Shown here: positions 1 to 10,886 of the stretch, piece by piece
How positions within the stretch are numbered: position 1 is the stretch's first letter
Layout: every line of letters starts with the position of its first letter
From: a virus
Taxonomy: Duplodnaviria > Caudoviricetes
Length of the DNA stretch: 64,000 bases
Virus record (IMG/VR): IMGVR_UViG_3300030095_005132
Coordinates: 30,233 to 94,232 of that record
Strand: one strand, 5' to 3'
Position numbers and translations under genes: made by a program
The notes under the pieces: generated by a model
Told to the model about the DNA's origin: nothing
Database searches by the model: none
What the model saw: only the letters and a program-made list of their open reading frames with translations

Positions 1-270
1 ATATTAAATGAGACTGCTAGAGCTGGTGAAGAGGATGAATATCCAACAATGGGTGGTGAAACTTTTGATAGTTCAAAAATGGCAAGTATGATGGGCTATG
101 GTAATGTGATGAGAAGCTCTGAAGATAAACGAAAAGTGGGAGCTATACAGACAGCACAGGCAGTTGGCGCTGATACATCAAATCCAGCAGTTCAAGATGT
201 AATGAGCAACCTTACTAAAGATTATAGTGGTGTAATGAAAGCTTTGAAGAAGAAGGATGGTAAAGTATAA
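1..270 (+). CDS. 5'-truncated hypothetical phage protein
   Basis: Frame of ORF 49..270 is open from base 1 (ILNETARAGEEDEYPT-MGG...); the stop overlaps the next ATG. Confidence 0.75.
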   Translation: MLNETARAGEEDEYPTMGGETFDSSKMASMMGYGNVMRSSEDKRKVGAIQTAQAVGADTSNPAVQDVMSNLTKDYSGVMKALKKKDGKV

Positions 271-680
271 TGAGTGTAATAGGAAATGACTTAAATGAAG
301 ATGTGTATATTGGAGTGGGATTACCGTTGGGACACAACCTACAAGGATTTTTTGAAAGGACAAAGACATCTTTAGAACAATCAAAACATAATATCAAAAA
401 TCTTTTATTGACAAGAAAAGGAGAAAGATTGGGGAATCCTACCTTTGGTTCTGATTTATTTGCTGTCTTATTTGAACAAGAAGGAGATGATATAGAAACT
501 AAGGTAGAAGAGGCTGTTCGTTCTGCTATGAGTGAATTTTTACCATTTGTAAACATAATTAGTATACAGACTGTATTCTCACCGACAAATAGAAACGCTG
601 TTAATGTTTCTATGCAATTTTCTTTAAACATAGATTCTTCTTCAACAGAAAATTTATCTATAGATTTAAATAATTATTAA
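270..680 (+). CDS. baseplate wedge subunit, T4 gp25/gpW-like
   Basis: IKNLLLTRKGER-x2-PTFGSDL signature of the GPW/gp25 family; 136 aa; directly precedes a gp6-like gene. Confidence 0.88.
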   Translation: MSVIGNDLNEDVYIGVGLPLGHNLQGFFERTKTSLEQSKHNIKNLLLTRKGERLGNPTFGSDLFAVLFEQEGDDIETKVEEAVRSAMSEFLPFVNIISIQTVFSPTNRNAVNVSMQFSLNIDSSSTENLSIDLNNY

Positions 681-691
681 GGAGAGGGGTA

Positions 692-2665
692 ATGCCATAT
701 TCAAAACCTAAAAAATCAGTAAAGGAAGTTAGATATCTAAATAAAGATTTTACATCTTTTAAAGATAACCTTATTGAGTTTACTAAAATCTACTTTCCTA
801 ATGAATATAATGATTTTAATGAATCCTCTCCTGGTATGATGTTTATTGAAATGGCATCTTATGTGGGTGATGTTTTATCCTACTATATAGACAACCAATT
901 TAAAGAAAGTTTGTTAGCTTTTGCTGAAGAAAAAAAGACAATTTATAATATGGCGCAGTCTTTAGGATACAAACCGACATTAGCTACAGCGGCTTCTGTT
1001 GGGCTTGATATATTCCAAACTGTTCCAGCAACAACAAGCGGGGTAGGTGGTGATTTTACGACAAAGCCAGATTTGACATATGCTCTAAATATAAAATCTG
1101 GAATGGAAATTTTATCAGATTCTAACGTTACATTTGTAACTACAGAAGATTGTAATTTTAAATTTTCAAGCTCATATGATCCAATGCAAGTTTCCATTTA
1201 TGAAAGTTCAGGAGATACTCCTGTAACTTATTTACTTCAGAAATCTGTAAAGGCTTCTAGTGGAAATATTACCACAGAATACATTCAATTTAGCGATGCT
1301 GAAAAGTACAAAAGGATTGCTTTGGCAAATTCTAATATAACAGAAATAATTTCTTGTACGGATAGTGATGGTAATAGTTGGTATGAAGTTCCATTTTTAG
1401 CTCAAGATACTGTATTTACAGATATGGAAAATTTAGAAACCAATGATGATGAATTATATACTTACTCTGACCAAGCTCCATATTTATTGAAGCTCTTAAA
1501 AACATCAAGAAGATTTACGACATTTATTAGAGAGGATGGTAGAACGGAAATGAGGTTTGGTGCTGGTACATCAGATAGTCCTGATGAGGAGATTATTCCA
1601 AATCCTGATGAAGTTGGTTCATCTTTACCAGGCTCTCCTAGTTATTTAGATACCGCTTTTGATCCGTCAAACTTTTTAAAAACAAAAGCATATGGACAGG
1701 CTCCATCTAATACTCAATTAACTATTAGGTATAGATACGGTGGTGGTGTTAATCATAATGTAAGAGCTAACAGTATAAGACAGGTTCAATCTTCAAATAC
1801 TAACCTAGATGATTCTGGTTTATCATCAGCATTAGTATCACAAACTAGAAATTCTGTTGGGATAAATAATCCATTACCTGCTGCCGGTGGTAGGGGTGCC
1901 GAAAGTGTAATTGAAGTTAAGAACAATGCTTTAGCCTACTTTCAGGCTCAGGCAAGAGCTGTAACTAAACAAGACTATATTACGAGAGTTTATGCCTTAC
2001 CTGCAAAATATGGTAATATATCAAAGGCTTATATTGTACAAGACACTCAACTAGATAGCAGCTCAGGAGCAAACTCCGATAATAGGGTGATAAATCCATT
2101 GGCTCTTAATTTATATGTATTAGGATTTGATGCTGGTAAAAGATTAGCAGTAGTCAATAAAGCAGTTAAAGAAAATATACAAACATATTTAACACAATTC
2201 AGAATGGTTACTGATGCTGTAAATATAAAAGATGCTTTTATAATTAATATAGGCGTACAATTTAGCTTACTAACTAAATCAGGTTATAACAAACAAGAAG
2301 TTGTTTTAAGAGCAATACAAAAAGTAAAAGACTTTTTTAATATAGATAAATGGCAAATTGGTCAGCCAATTGTACTATCTGATTTAGCTTATCAGATATC
2401 GTTAACTGATGGAGTATCTGCTGTAGTTCCTCCTGAGGATAACAACCCAAATGGTTTACCTGTATTGATAGGTAATAAGTTTCAAGAATCAGAAGGTTAT
2501 TCGGGAAATGTTTATGACATTGTTTCGGCGACTAAGGATGGTATAGTTTACCCATCATTAGACCCAAGTTGTTTTGAATTAAAATTTCCAAATGCTGATA
2601 TAGAAGGTCGTGTGGTTGGCGACTCAGCTGGAAGTCCAGGCAATTCTAACGGAGGATCTTACTAA
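692..2665 (+). CDS. baseplate wedge subunit, T4 gp6/baseplate J-like
   Basis: N-terminal DF-x-SF..YNDFNESSPGMMFIEMASYVGDVLSYY..AQSLGY and RAVTKQDY motifs typical of gp6-like wedges; SD AAGGAG upstream. Confidence 0.88.
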   Translation: MPYSKPKKSVKEVRYLNKDFTSFKDNLIEFTKIYFPNEYNDFNESSPGMMFIEMASYVGDVLSYYIDNQFKESLLAFAEEKKTIYNMAQSLGYKPTLATAASVGLDIFQTVPATTSGVGGDFTTKPDLTYALNIKSGMEILSDSNVTFVTTEDCNFKFSSSYDPMQVSIYESSGDTPVTYLLQKSVKASSGNITTEYIQFSDAEKYKRIALANSNITEIISCTDSDGNSWYEVPFLAQDTVFTDMENLETNDDELYTYSDQAPYLLKLLKTSRRFTTFIREDGRTEMRFGAGTSDSPDEEIIPNPDEVGSSLPGSPSYLDTAFDPSNFLKTKAYGQAPSNTQLTIRYRYGGGVNHNVRANSIRQVQSSNTNLDDSGLSSALVSQTRNSVGINNPLPAAGGRGAESVIEVKNNALAYFQAQARAVTKQDYITRVYALPAKYGNISKAYIVQDTQLDSSSGANSDNRVINPLALNLYVLGFDAGKRLAVVNKAVKENIQTYLTQFRMVTDAVNIKDAFIINIGVQFSLLTKSGYNKQEVVLRAIQKVKDFFNIDKWQIGQPIVLSDLAYQISLTDGVSAVVPPEDNNPNGLPVLIGNKFQESEGYSGNVYDIVSATKDGIVYPSLDPSCFELKFPNADIEGRVVGDSAGSPGNSNGGSY

Positions 2666-3792
2666 TGAATTATTTTATTTTTCCTGATATAGACACAACT
2701 ATATATCAAGCAACTGGTAGTTCAAATACCGGTCTTGATGAGATATTAGAAGTAACAAAAACTATGAGTACTTCTGGTGGTAATGTAAAAGTATCTCGTA
2801 TTTTAATTAAATTTGACTTAACTGAAATTTCAGGTTCTATTGTAGATGGAACTATTACAAGTCCAAAATTTTATTTGAATATGTATGATGCTAATTCTCA
2901 AAATTTAACCACATCTCAAGAATTATACGCATATCCAATAAGTTCTAGCTGGGTTGAGGGTGAAGGAACTTATTCAGATAGTCCTATAACCACAGAAGGT
3001 GCTAGTTGGAAATTTAGGGATGGGGCAACAAATGAAAGTTATTGGAGTGGTTCAGCTACTGAGCCAGAAGGTGGTGCTTGGTTTAGTGATGTCTATGCTA
3101 GTCAGTCATTTGAATATGAAACAAGTGATATGAGAATGGATGTTACTCCTATTGTAAATAAGTGGTTAGATGAAACATATGTAAATGATGGATTTATAAT
3201 TAAGAGGAGTGGAAGCTTTAACAACGAAGATGTTAACACAGATGAGGGTAGTTCGGAGAGATTAGGTGAATTTAGATTTTTTTCAAGAAACACCCATACA
3301 GTTTATCCACCAAAGCTAGAAGTAGAGTGGTTTGATTCTAAATGGAGTCCTGGTTCTTTAGAAGAACTATCCTCTACAGAATTAGAAGATTTATCTTTTT
3401 ATATGAAAAGTCTAAGGCCTGAATACAAAGAGAAATCAAAAGTCAAATTTAGAATTGTTGGTAGAGCTAAATATCCTACAAAATCTTATTCAAATACTGC
3501 CTCTGAATACCTAACTGTAAAAACTTTACCAAGTGGTAGTGTAGAAAATATAGGTGGTGATGGAACTTACTATTCGGTAAGGGATACTCAAACAGAGGAT
3601 GTTATTATACCATATGGTACAGGTTCTTTAGTTAGTTGTGATTCAACAGGAAATTATTTTAACCTTTGGATGAACGGACTTCAATCGGAGAGATATTACA
3701 AATTTGAATTTAAGGTGATAAGTGGAAGTAATACAGTTGATGAAACTGTAGAATATTATGATGATGATTTTGTATTTAAAGTTGTGAGATAA
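2665..3792 (+). CDS. virion structural protein with DNRLRE-like beta-sandwich N-terminal domain
   Basis: DTTIY..RILIKFDL..YLNMY..GFII..FFSR..PKLEVEW pattern; translationally coupled in the baseplate operon. Confidence 0.55.
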   Translation: MNYFIFPDIDTTIYQATGSSNTGLDEILEVTKTMSTSGGNVKVSRILIKFDLTEISGSIVDGTITSPKFYLNMYDANSQNLTTSQELYAYPISSSWVEGEGTYSDSPITTEGASWKFRDGATNESYWSGSATEPEGGAWFSDVYASQSFEYETSDMRMDVTPIVNKWLDETYVNDGFIIKRSGSFNNEDVNTDEGSSERLGEFRFFSRNTHTVYPPKLEVEWFDSKWSPGSLEELSSTELEDLSFYMKSLRPEYKEKSKVKFRIVGRAKYPTKSYSNTASEYLTVKTLPSGSVENIGGDGTYYSVRDTQTEDVIIPYGTGSLVSCDSTGNYFNLWMNGLQSERYYKFEFKVISGSNTVDETVEYYDDDFVFKVVR

Positions 3793-3795
3793 AAA

Positions 3796-4110
3796 ATGCC
3801 ATACACACAAGAGGAATTAAAAAACCTATCATTTTATCAAAATTTAATTGATGAGGATGAACAACAATACCTACAGAGAAGAGATTTGCTTAGGCTGCAA
3901 TCCACTATTTCAGGATCAGCTGCTGCAGACAATCTCTTATCTAGAGATAAGGATGGAGCTGTTTTAATTTTTGAAAATCCATATAGCGATAGCTTAGTTG
4001 AGGATGATTCTTCAAAACTTATTCATAATACTACAGTAAAATTATTGAAAACAACAGCGACTGATACTATTATAGATGAGGTATTAGATAGGGATTTTGG
4101 GGAGTTATAG
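3796..4110 (+). CDS. hypothetical protein (baseplate operon)
   Basis: 104-aa ORF tightly packed between neighbours. Confidence 0.7.
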   Translation: MPYTQEELKNLSFYQNLIDEDEQQYLQRRDLLRLQSTISGSAAADNLLSRDKDGAVLIFENPYSDSLVEDDSSKLIHNTTVKLLKTTATDTIIDEVLDRDFGEL

Positions 4111-7100
4111 TGGCTAGTAAATTAACAGAAAAACAAAAACAATTACTTGATGCTAACATTAGTACTAGAGTAGGTCAAAAGCCTTATGAGGATGGTTTGT
4201 GGGGTGAGCAAGGAAATAAAGACTTTGTTCATTTACAATTATTTGACGAAAGTAATAATCTTATAGAATTTAAAAGTGTTCCATCTTCAGAATTTGTTAT
4301 AAACACAGATAATAATAACATTGAATTTTATCCTGGTAGACATATTAGAGAATTGGGATATCAGAGTGGCGTCTTTAATATAAAATATAACTTTTTAAGA
4401 AAATTAGCAGGTGATGAGATGCCTGTGTTGTTACATACAATACAAAAAAATGATACAAAAGTTGGTGATGTTTATACCAATATGAATGCAATATATGTAA
4501 CAGAGGACTCTTTAGTTTATGCTGCTACAGAAGAAGATTATAAAAATAATCCCACCACTACTGAGCAATTGTCTATAGAAGATTTAACATATCAAATTGA
4601 TACTATATCACCAAGCAGAACTGAAGTAAGATTAAAATCTAAAAAAATAAATGGATCGTATCAAGATGATTTTATCGATTTACAAACTGCTATAATACTA
4701 AAAGAAGTTCAGAATAAGATTAGTTTTATAGGTGGAACGCTGTATGATTCTACACAATTAATTTTAACTTTAGAATCTTCTGGATTTTTATTTACGAAAA
4801 AAATGGTTGGTGGAACAATCACAATACCTAATGTTTTTCAAGTAAATCAAATTGATGTTCCTGTAAAGACAAATATAAATATAGTTCAAAATCCTGCAGG
4901 AGATTTAATTGAAACCGATAATCTTGGTAATACATTAAATATTGCAACTCAAAATGAATGGGATGAAAGTTTACACGATAACGCTATTAGAGCAACACAT
5001 TGGAGTGATGGGTTTGTTAATCACACAGGCACATTTGCTGGAACAGCACATATAGGTTATCACGCATATTGGGTTGCAGAAGAAGGTAAAGGTGGGGGAA
5101 GCTGTATAAAATTTACAGATCAAAATGAACTTTTTATAGATTTACCTGAATGGCCTAATGAACAGAGATACAGGCCTCTACTGATAACGCAGGAGATAAC
5201 AAACTTGTTAGGCCAGGGTGTTACTCATAATGATATAGCTAATATAAATTTTGATATAAGAAGTACAGTTGCTAACAAGGGTGTTGAGATATCTTTAAGA
5301 TATGCAGACGAAGTTTTGGTTGAAGAACAACCTCAGAATCCTCCCCCTGGATTTTTTGATCCCAGCAACCCACAACCAACTGAAACACAACCAACCTCTC
5401 CACCAGCTGGTTATGAGCCTGCCGATTCTGCAGCAGCTAATGCTATAGAACAACAACCACCGATGAGCGAATTTGGTATAAGAGAGTTATATGGTGATTC
5501 TGTTCCCGTACCTCTTGATATTGCAGAGGGTGATGACACTACAGTTTGGGGTGGAGCAGGAGCTTGGGTTGTAACTATATTTCAACCAGAAAGACCAAGT
5601 CAAAAATATACTTGGGGTGTTAATACAGATGTTGTAGGTAATATGATGCATGGTGAATTGAGTAATGAAGAAGAATGGGTTTGGAATGCTTATTCTGAGG
5701 TGTGGACTGTTAATCCCAATCTTGCAAATTCTTTGATTGCTCCCGATGGTACAAGTGGTAAACCTAATGCAGTTAATTATCATCCTGCTCAAATACAAGG
5801 TCAGGGTAGAGCTTATTATGAAAGAACTACCAATCGTGGTCAAAACTTAGGATGGCAAACGATGACAGTGATTGGTGATGCAAAAGTATTGTTATTCAAA
5901 GATGATTTAATTTGGGAACAAAGGCACGATCGAGGTGACTTAGATAAATTTTATTTTTACGAATTTGACCAATATTTTCCGGCAGTGCGTAATACTGTTT
6001 TAAATGCTGGAACGGATGAAGAAAAAACCTTATATGATGATATCTTTCAGAATGGTTTTATTCAAACTGTTACAAGGGTTGGTAAGGGTAGAAATGATGG
6101 TACATATCATAATATGTTTTTAATATTTTATAATAACGGCGATACAAATGCTAGCGGCCAGATGGATGAATCGTCAAATAGATTTTTTTACATCACAACC
6201 TATGCTGGAACTTTGGATAATAGTGGAACAAATCAAGTACACAGCTATCCTAATCACGAGGGAGTAAGTACACCTTTACATTTTTTAAAAGATTTCGATG
6301 GTGGTGTGAATCAAAATGTTATTTCCAATGAAGGTAAGATGGAGTGGTGGTTTAAAGAAGATGATGGTTACACTAGGTATTACATAGCCACCGGTACAGA
6401 ATATTACGCTACCAACGAAGGAGATGATGCTGGAACAGATGGTGGTCTTTATGATAATAGCATTGACAGTTACTATCCGGCACCATTAGGAGATGGTTTC
6501 GGTGATACATTGGCTAATGGTGTCGATTGTGCGGTTGGTCCGGTTGGGGGTTTTGGTAGATATAGATATATCATTGGAGATCGTCAATATAGAGCAAAGG
6601 GTTCTGCAGCTGATGGTACGGATCGCGATAAATCTTTAAATGATGTTTTTTTCAGATGTGGTGAGGTAATAAATCAAAATGGGGATTCTGTAACATTTGG
6701 TGTTAGGAATCCATCCGCAACGAACTACGGTGTATTTGGTGATTTTGCTGATGCCGGTGAGCTTACTGAAGCTGATGTAACACCGGTTTATGACAATGGT
6801 TTAGGTGAATATGATTTTCCTGATAATCCTCTTCAGATAGGAGTTCTTAGCGAAGGAGAAAATTGGGTATGGGATGGAAGCCAATGGAATGACAATTCTC
6901 TTAACCCACCAAGATACAATTATAAATCTCCACCATCAACAAAACAGATACTTGCTCCAGAAATAGCTGGTGAGTGGATAAATGTGAGTGCTCAAATACC
7001 TATACCAAGTGATTGGTTGCTTGGACAAAAATGGTATTTACAAATTTATGGTAGTGGTAAGAGCCAAAGTGGGGCTATGGAACAAGGTATAGTATGGGTA

Positions 7101-10100
7101 GATAATGTATATGTAGATTTTACCCTTAGAGAACAATCACAGACTATACCTGTATATAAATCCTATTCTGCACAAATACAAAACGTGTCGTCTGATGGAT
7201 CTATAATCACTGTAAATAAAACCATAAGGGACGTGGCTGTAGAAATAGGAGCAAACGATGATGATGAGGATGGTAATCCCGATATATATAATCAACCAGA
7301 GGTTGGTGATTTTGATGATTTTAGATTATCTTATACGAATTTAAATCCAAGAGATTTAAGAACTTATTTAAAATTTGAAAATAATTTGTTTTTAACTACA
7401 AATTTTAAATCAGATAGAGTTTCTGTAACATCTTTTCCTTATTCCATAGTCTATAAGTTATACGAACCTCTGCCAGATAATTATGAAAAATTTGATGAAT
7501 GTATTGTAGTAAAAGAGATGGCAGACCCATTAGAAGAAAAAATTAAAATAATAGATTTTGTTAATGCGGAAGAACCTAAATTGGTTCTTAAAACTCCTGA
7601 TTTAAATAATGTAGAAAGTCCGGTTCAAAGAAGGCAGACCAAGTTTCAAACTGAGTCTGAAATTTTAACTTCTGATGCAGCTGTTTCTACCGCATTGAGA
7701 AGTGAATTTTTAAGTCAAAGTTTAGATAGTGTAAATATAAATACAGACTACTCTAGATTTGAAAATTTTGTAAACTTTGGTTCAGCTGAAGTTAGGATTA
7801 GAAATTTTAAAAGAAAATTAGAAGATATAGAACAATACAAAATCAATAGTGCTTCTTATGCTGGCGTAAGCGGTTCTTCGGGAGATATGAGCACTTATCA
7901 TTATAAAATAATTGATACTGAGAATAAATTTGATAGATTTGAAAATTATATGTATTTTAAAAGCTCTTCTTATGTAAGCAGCTCGATTGGAATATTTCAC
8001 GACAACGCATGGCCTAAAGCTAGTGGTGATGGAACATTAAACAGTCCTTATGTTTTAGCACATACAACATCATCACAAGCTGATACTTGGTTTGTAAATG
8101 CTGTAAATTCTGCATCTTTATATGATGATGACAACTCATCTAAGCTGAGTACTATACTTCCAGAACATATTAAGGTTGATACAAAAAATGATACATACCT
8201 AAAATTTATAGATATGATAGGTCAACATTTTGATGGTATATGGGAATATATAAATGCTGTAACCGATGTTTCAGATAGAAGGGAAAGTTTAGATGAGGGT
8301 ATTTCAAAAGACTTATTATATTCTGTTGCTAAATCTTTAGGTTGGAATTTAAATGACGGAAAAGATTTAATTAGCTTATCTAAGTTTGCATTGGGTAAAG
8401 AAGTTACCGGCTCCTCTTTTTCTAACTACTCCACAACTTCAGAAAGAGATGTGTCGAGAGAAATTTGGAGTCGTATAATAAATAACATGCCATTTTTCTT
8501 AAAGAATAAGGGTACTGTTAGAGCTTTGAAAGGGTTAATAAATGTTTATGGAATACCATCTACAATTTTAAGAGTTAAGGAATATGGTGGACCTGATTTA
8601 TCAGATGATGCTTCTCCTCAGTTTGAAATAACAAGAAAATTTACAAAAGCTTTAGATTTTAAAGGTGCTCAATATGTAAAGGTTGGGTGGACTGATGATT
8701 TAGAATCACAGAGAAAGCCTGATACTGTAGAATTTAGGTTTAGAGCTGCTACCGGTTCAAATCAAATCCTTGTAGAGAAGCAGGATATTAATAATCAAGA
8801 TTGGTTCATAAGGTTAAAAGATAATGGTTCATCCGATAACTATGGTCAGGTTTCATTTATGTTATCAGGCTCTGCTGTTGGACAGGATATCGGTCAGTTT
8901 AAAGAAATAACATCAACATCTTTACCTATATATGATGGTGATTTTTATTCTGTTATGGTTGCTAGAACATCTGGAAGTAGCAATACTGCAGTATCACAAT
9001 CGTACCAATTAAATGTTGGCAAGTATGATGCTAGTAGAAGTAAAATACACTTATATAGTACATCGACTATGGATGTAACACAAGCAGCTTCTTCATCTTT
9101 TAGTAACGCGTGGACGGGTAGTGGTGATATTTACATCGGTGGTTCTGGTAGTATAGATGATGTTGGTGTACAATTTAGTGGTTCTATAATGGAATACAGG
9201 CATTGGACAGAAACATTAAATACATCATCATTTAAGAATCACATAGCTAATCCAAAAGCTTATGATGGAAATACTGTGTCATCATCTTATAGCAACTTAG
9301 TATTAAGATACTCCTTTAATGATGATAAGGATTTAACTTCTGATGTAGAGGGTATACGAGATGTTAGTTCAAACCAAACACAAACCGTATCAGGATCTCA
9401 CAGTGGATTTACAGGAAACTTTTTTAGAAGCGTGGTTGATGAACAGAAAACCCACATACCAAGCATAGGTGCTTTAAGAAGAACTACGAATAAAATTAGA
9501 TTAGAAGATAATAAAATAAAGCAAGGATTTAATTTAAATTCAGAACACAGAGCTACTGTAAGTGCTTATGATACTGCACCAAGTGACTCTAATAAGGTTG
9601 GTATATGGTTTGCGCCAACGGATGTTATCAATACCGACATTATTAACTCAGTTGGTAATTTAAATTTTGATAATTATTTGGGTGATCCAAGAGATAAACA
9701 AGAGCTAAGTTATAGGGGTTTAGAGAATATAGCTGATAATTATTGGAAAAAGTATAACTCACCAAATAATTTTTGGGATTACATTAGAATGATTAAATAT
9801 TACGACCAATCATTGTATCCTCAAATAAGGAAATTAATACCAGCTAGATCAAAACCTGATATTGGGTTGTTAATTGAGCCAAATATATTTGAGAGACCAA
9901 AAGTTATTGTTGGAAAAGAACCAACCGCCGAAGATAGATTTTTTAGTTCTTCTATAAATATACCAAATGAGGTTATTATTGTAACTGGTTCTTATAATGC
10001 TGGATTTAGTATTAGTGATTATGATTCTTATACTGGAAGAATTGATATATTTAGTTATGATTCTGGCTCATCAGTCATATCATCAAGTGGTGAGTATACT

Positions 10101-10793
10101 ACCTATACAGGATCTAATTCTGAAATTAAGGATAGAAATACAGAACTTTCCATATGGCAAAGGTTAGGTGAGGGTAATTATAAAACCGCATCTATCACAC
10201 AAGGGGATGTAAAGTATAATGAAGTTTTTCAACCAATAATAACAGGATCTAGAATATATGGTGTAAATCAAAAACTTATCCCACTATACTCATCATCATT
10301 GAGCGCTTCATTACAAATTGCATATTCATCTTCTTTCTATAATGTGGATACGGATAATTATAATCATTTGACTCAAGGATTGATTAATTCCTTTTATGCT
10401 GGCGTTAAGAATACTAAAAAAACTACTCCGGATAGCCAGCCGCCGATAGAAGTAATCATATCCGCTCCAACTAAATTGGTAACTACAAAGGATGGGGAGT
10501 CTACATTAAAAACTGGAGATGGGGTAATATCAGAGTTCAAAGAGGCAGTTAGTAAAGAAGAAAAAGAAAATTTAAAAGTAGAAAAACAAACAGGTATAAA
10601 GAAGAAGAAAAGAAGAGGTTTGAGAAGTTTGAAGGTTAAACCGGAAACAGATCAAATGAGAAAGAAAATGAGAAAAGAGGAACAATTTAAGAAGGAATCG
10701 GATTTGGGTGTTATGAAAGAAAGTAGGGCCGGAAAAGAATCGGATGATAAAGATAGTGACGATTCTAAATCTAAAATAGATCCTGACAAATAA
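4110..10793 (+). CDS. large baseplate/tail structural protein (2227 aa) with LamG-like domain and a large central insertion
   Basis: GTG start coupled to upstream TAG with GGAG SD; KNKGTVRALKGLINVYGIP wedge-like motif; TVEFRF...FSGSIMEYRHW LamG-like segment; Pro-rich linker near 5330-5460. Confidence 0.7.
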   Translation: MASKLTEKQKQLLDANISTRVGQKPYEDGLWGEQGNKDFVHLQLFDESNNLIEFKSVPSSEFVINTDNNNIEFYPGRHIRELGYQSGVFNIKYNFLRKLAGDEMPVLLHTIQKNDTKVGDVYTNMNAIYVTEDSLVYAATEEDYKNNPTTTEQLSIEDLTYQIDTISPSRTEVRLKSKKINGSYQDDFIDLQTAIILKEVQNKISFIGGTLYDSTQLILTLESSGFLFTKKMVGGTITIPNVFQVNQIDVPVKTNINIVQNPAGDLIETDNLGNTLNIATQNEWDESLHDNAIRATHWSDGFVNHTGTFAGTAHIGYHAYWVAEEGKGGGSCIKFTDQNELFIDLPEWPNEQRYRPLLITQEITNLLGQGVTHNDIANINFDIRSTVANKGVEISLRYADEVLVEEQPQNPPPGFFDPSNPQPTETQPTSPPAGYEPADSAAANAIEQQPPMSEFGIRELYGDSVPVPLDIAEGDDTTVWGGAGAWVVTIFQPERPSQKYTWGVNTDVVGNMMHGELSNEEEWVWNAYSEVWTVNPNLANSLIAPDGTSGKPNAVNYHPAQIQGQGRAYYERTTNRGQNLGWQTMTVIGDAKVLLFKDDLIWEQRHDRGDLDKFYFYEFDQYFPAVRNTVLNAGTDEEKTLYDDIFQNGFIQTVTRVGKGRNDGTYHNMFLIFYNNGDTNASGQMDESSNRFFYITTYAGTLDNSGTNQVHSYPNHEGVSTPLHFLKDFDGGVNQNVISNEGKMEWWFKEDDGYTRYYIATGTEYYATNEGDDAGTDGGLYDNSIDSYYPAPLGDGFGDTLANGVDCAVGPVGGFGRYRYIIGDRQYRAKGSAADGTDRDKSLNDVFFRCGEVINQNGDSVTFGVRNPSATNYGVFGDFADAGELTEADVTPVYDNGLGEYDFPDNPLQIGVLSEGENWVWDGSQWNDNSLNPPRYNYKSPPSTKQILAPEIAGEWINVSAQIPIPSDWLLGQKWYLQIYGSGKSQSGAMEQGIVWVDNVYVDFTLREQSQTIPVYKSYSAQIQNVSSDGSIITVNKTIRDVAVEIGANDDDEDGNPDIYNQPEVGDFDDFRLSYTNLNPRDLRTYLKFENNLFLTTNFKSDRVSVTSFPYSIVYKLYEPLPDNYEKFDECIVVKEMADPLEEKIKIIDFVNAEEPKLVLKTPDLNNVESPVQRRQTKFQTESEILTSDAAVSTALRSEFLSQSLDSVNINTDYSRFENFVNFGSAEVRIRNFKRKLEDIEQYKINSASYAGVSGSSGDMSTYHYKIIDTENKFDRFENYMYFKSSSYVSSSIGIFHDNAWPKASGDGTLNSPYVLAHTTSSQADTWFVNAVNSASLYDDDNSSKLSTILPEHIKVDTKNDTYLKFIDMIGQHFDGIWEYINAVTDVSDRRESLDEGISKDLLYSVAKSLGWNLNDGKDLISLSKFALGKEVTGSSFSNYSTTSERDVSREIWSRIINNMPFFLKNKGTVRALKGLINVYGIPSTILRVKEYGGPDLSDDASPQFEITRKFTKALDFKGAQYVKVGWTDDLESQRKPDTVEFRFRAATGSNQILVEKQDINNQDWFIRLKDNGSSDNYGQVSFMLSGSAVGQDIGQFKEITSTSLPIYDGDFYSVMVARTSGSSNTAVSQSYQLNVGKYDASRSKIHLYSTSTMDVTQAASSSFSNAWTGSGDIYIGGSGSIDDVGVQFSGSIMEYRHWTETLNTSSFKNHIANPKAYDGNTVSSSYSNLVLRYSFNDDKDLTSDVEGIRDVSSNQTQTVSGSHSGFTGNFFRSVVDEQKTHIPSIGALRRTTNKIRLEDNKIKQGFNLNSEHRATVSAYDTAPSDSNKVGIWFAPTDVINTDIINSVGNLNFDNYLGDPRDKQELSYRGLENIADNYWKKYNSPNNFWDYIRMIKYYDQSLYPQIRKLIPARSKPDIGLLIEPNIFERPKVIVGKEPTAEDRFFSSSINIPNEVIIVTGSYNAGFSISDYDSYTGRIDIFSYDSGSSVISSSGEYTTYTGSNSEIKDRNTELSIWQRLGEGNYKTASITQGDVKYNEVFQPIITGSRIYGVNQKLIPLYSSSLSASLQIAYSSSFYNVDTDNYNHLTQGLINSFYAGVKNTKKTTPDSQPPIEVIISAPTKLVTTKDGESTLKTGDGVISEFKEAVSKEEKENLKVEKQTGIKKKKRRGLRSLKVKPETDQMRKKMRKEEQFKKESDLGVMKESRAGKESDDKDSDDSKSKIDPDK

Positions 10794-10826
10794 GGTAAAT
10801 AAAATTAACAAAAATTTGAAATAGTG

Positions 10827-10835
10827 ATATTTATA
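10827..10835 (+). promoter_or_regulatory. candidate late promoter ATATTTATA
   Basis: Motif recurs in nearly all intergenic gaps upstream of structural genes. Confidence 0.6.
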
Positions 10836-10886
10836 TATAACTCATATTATAAATCATATATCAAAAAAAATTATTAGGAGCTAATT

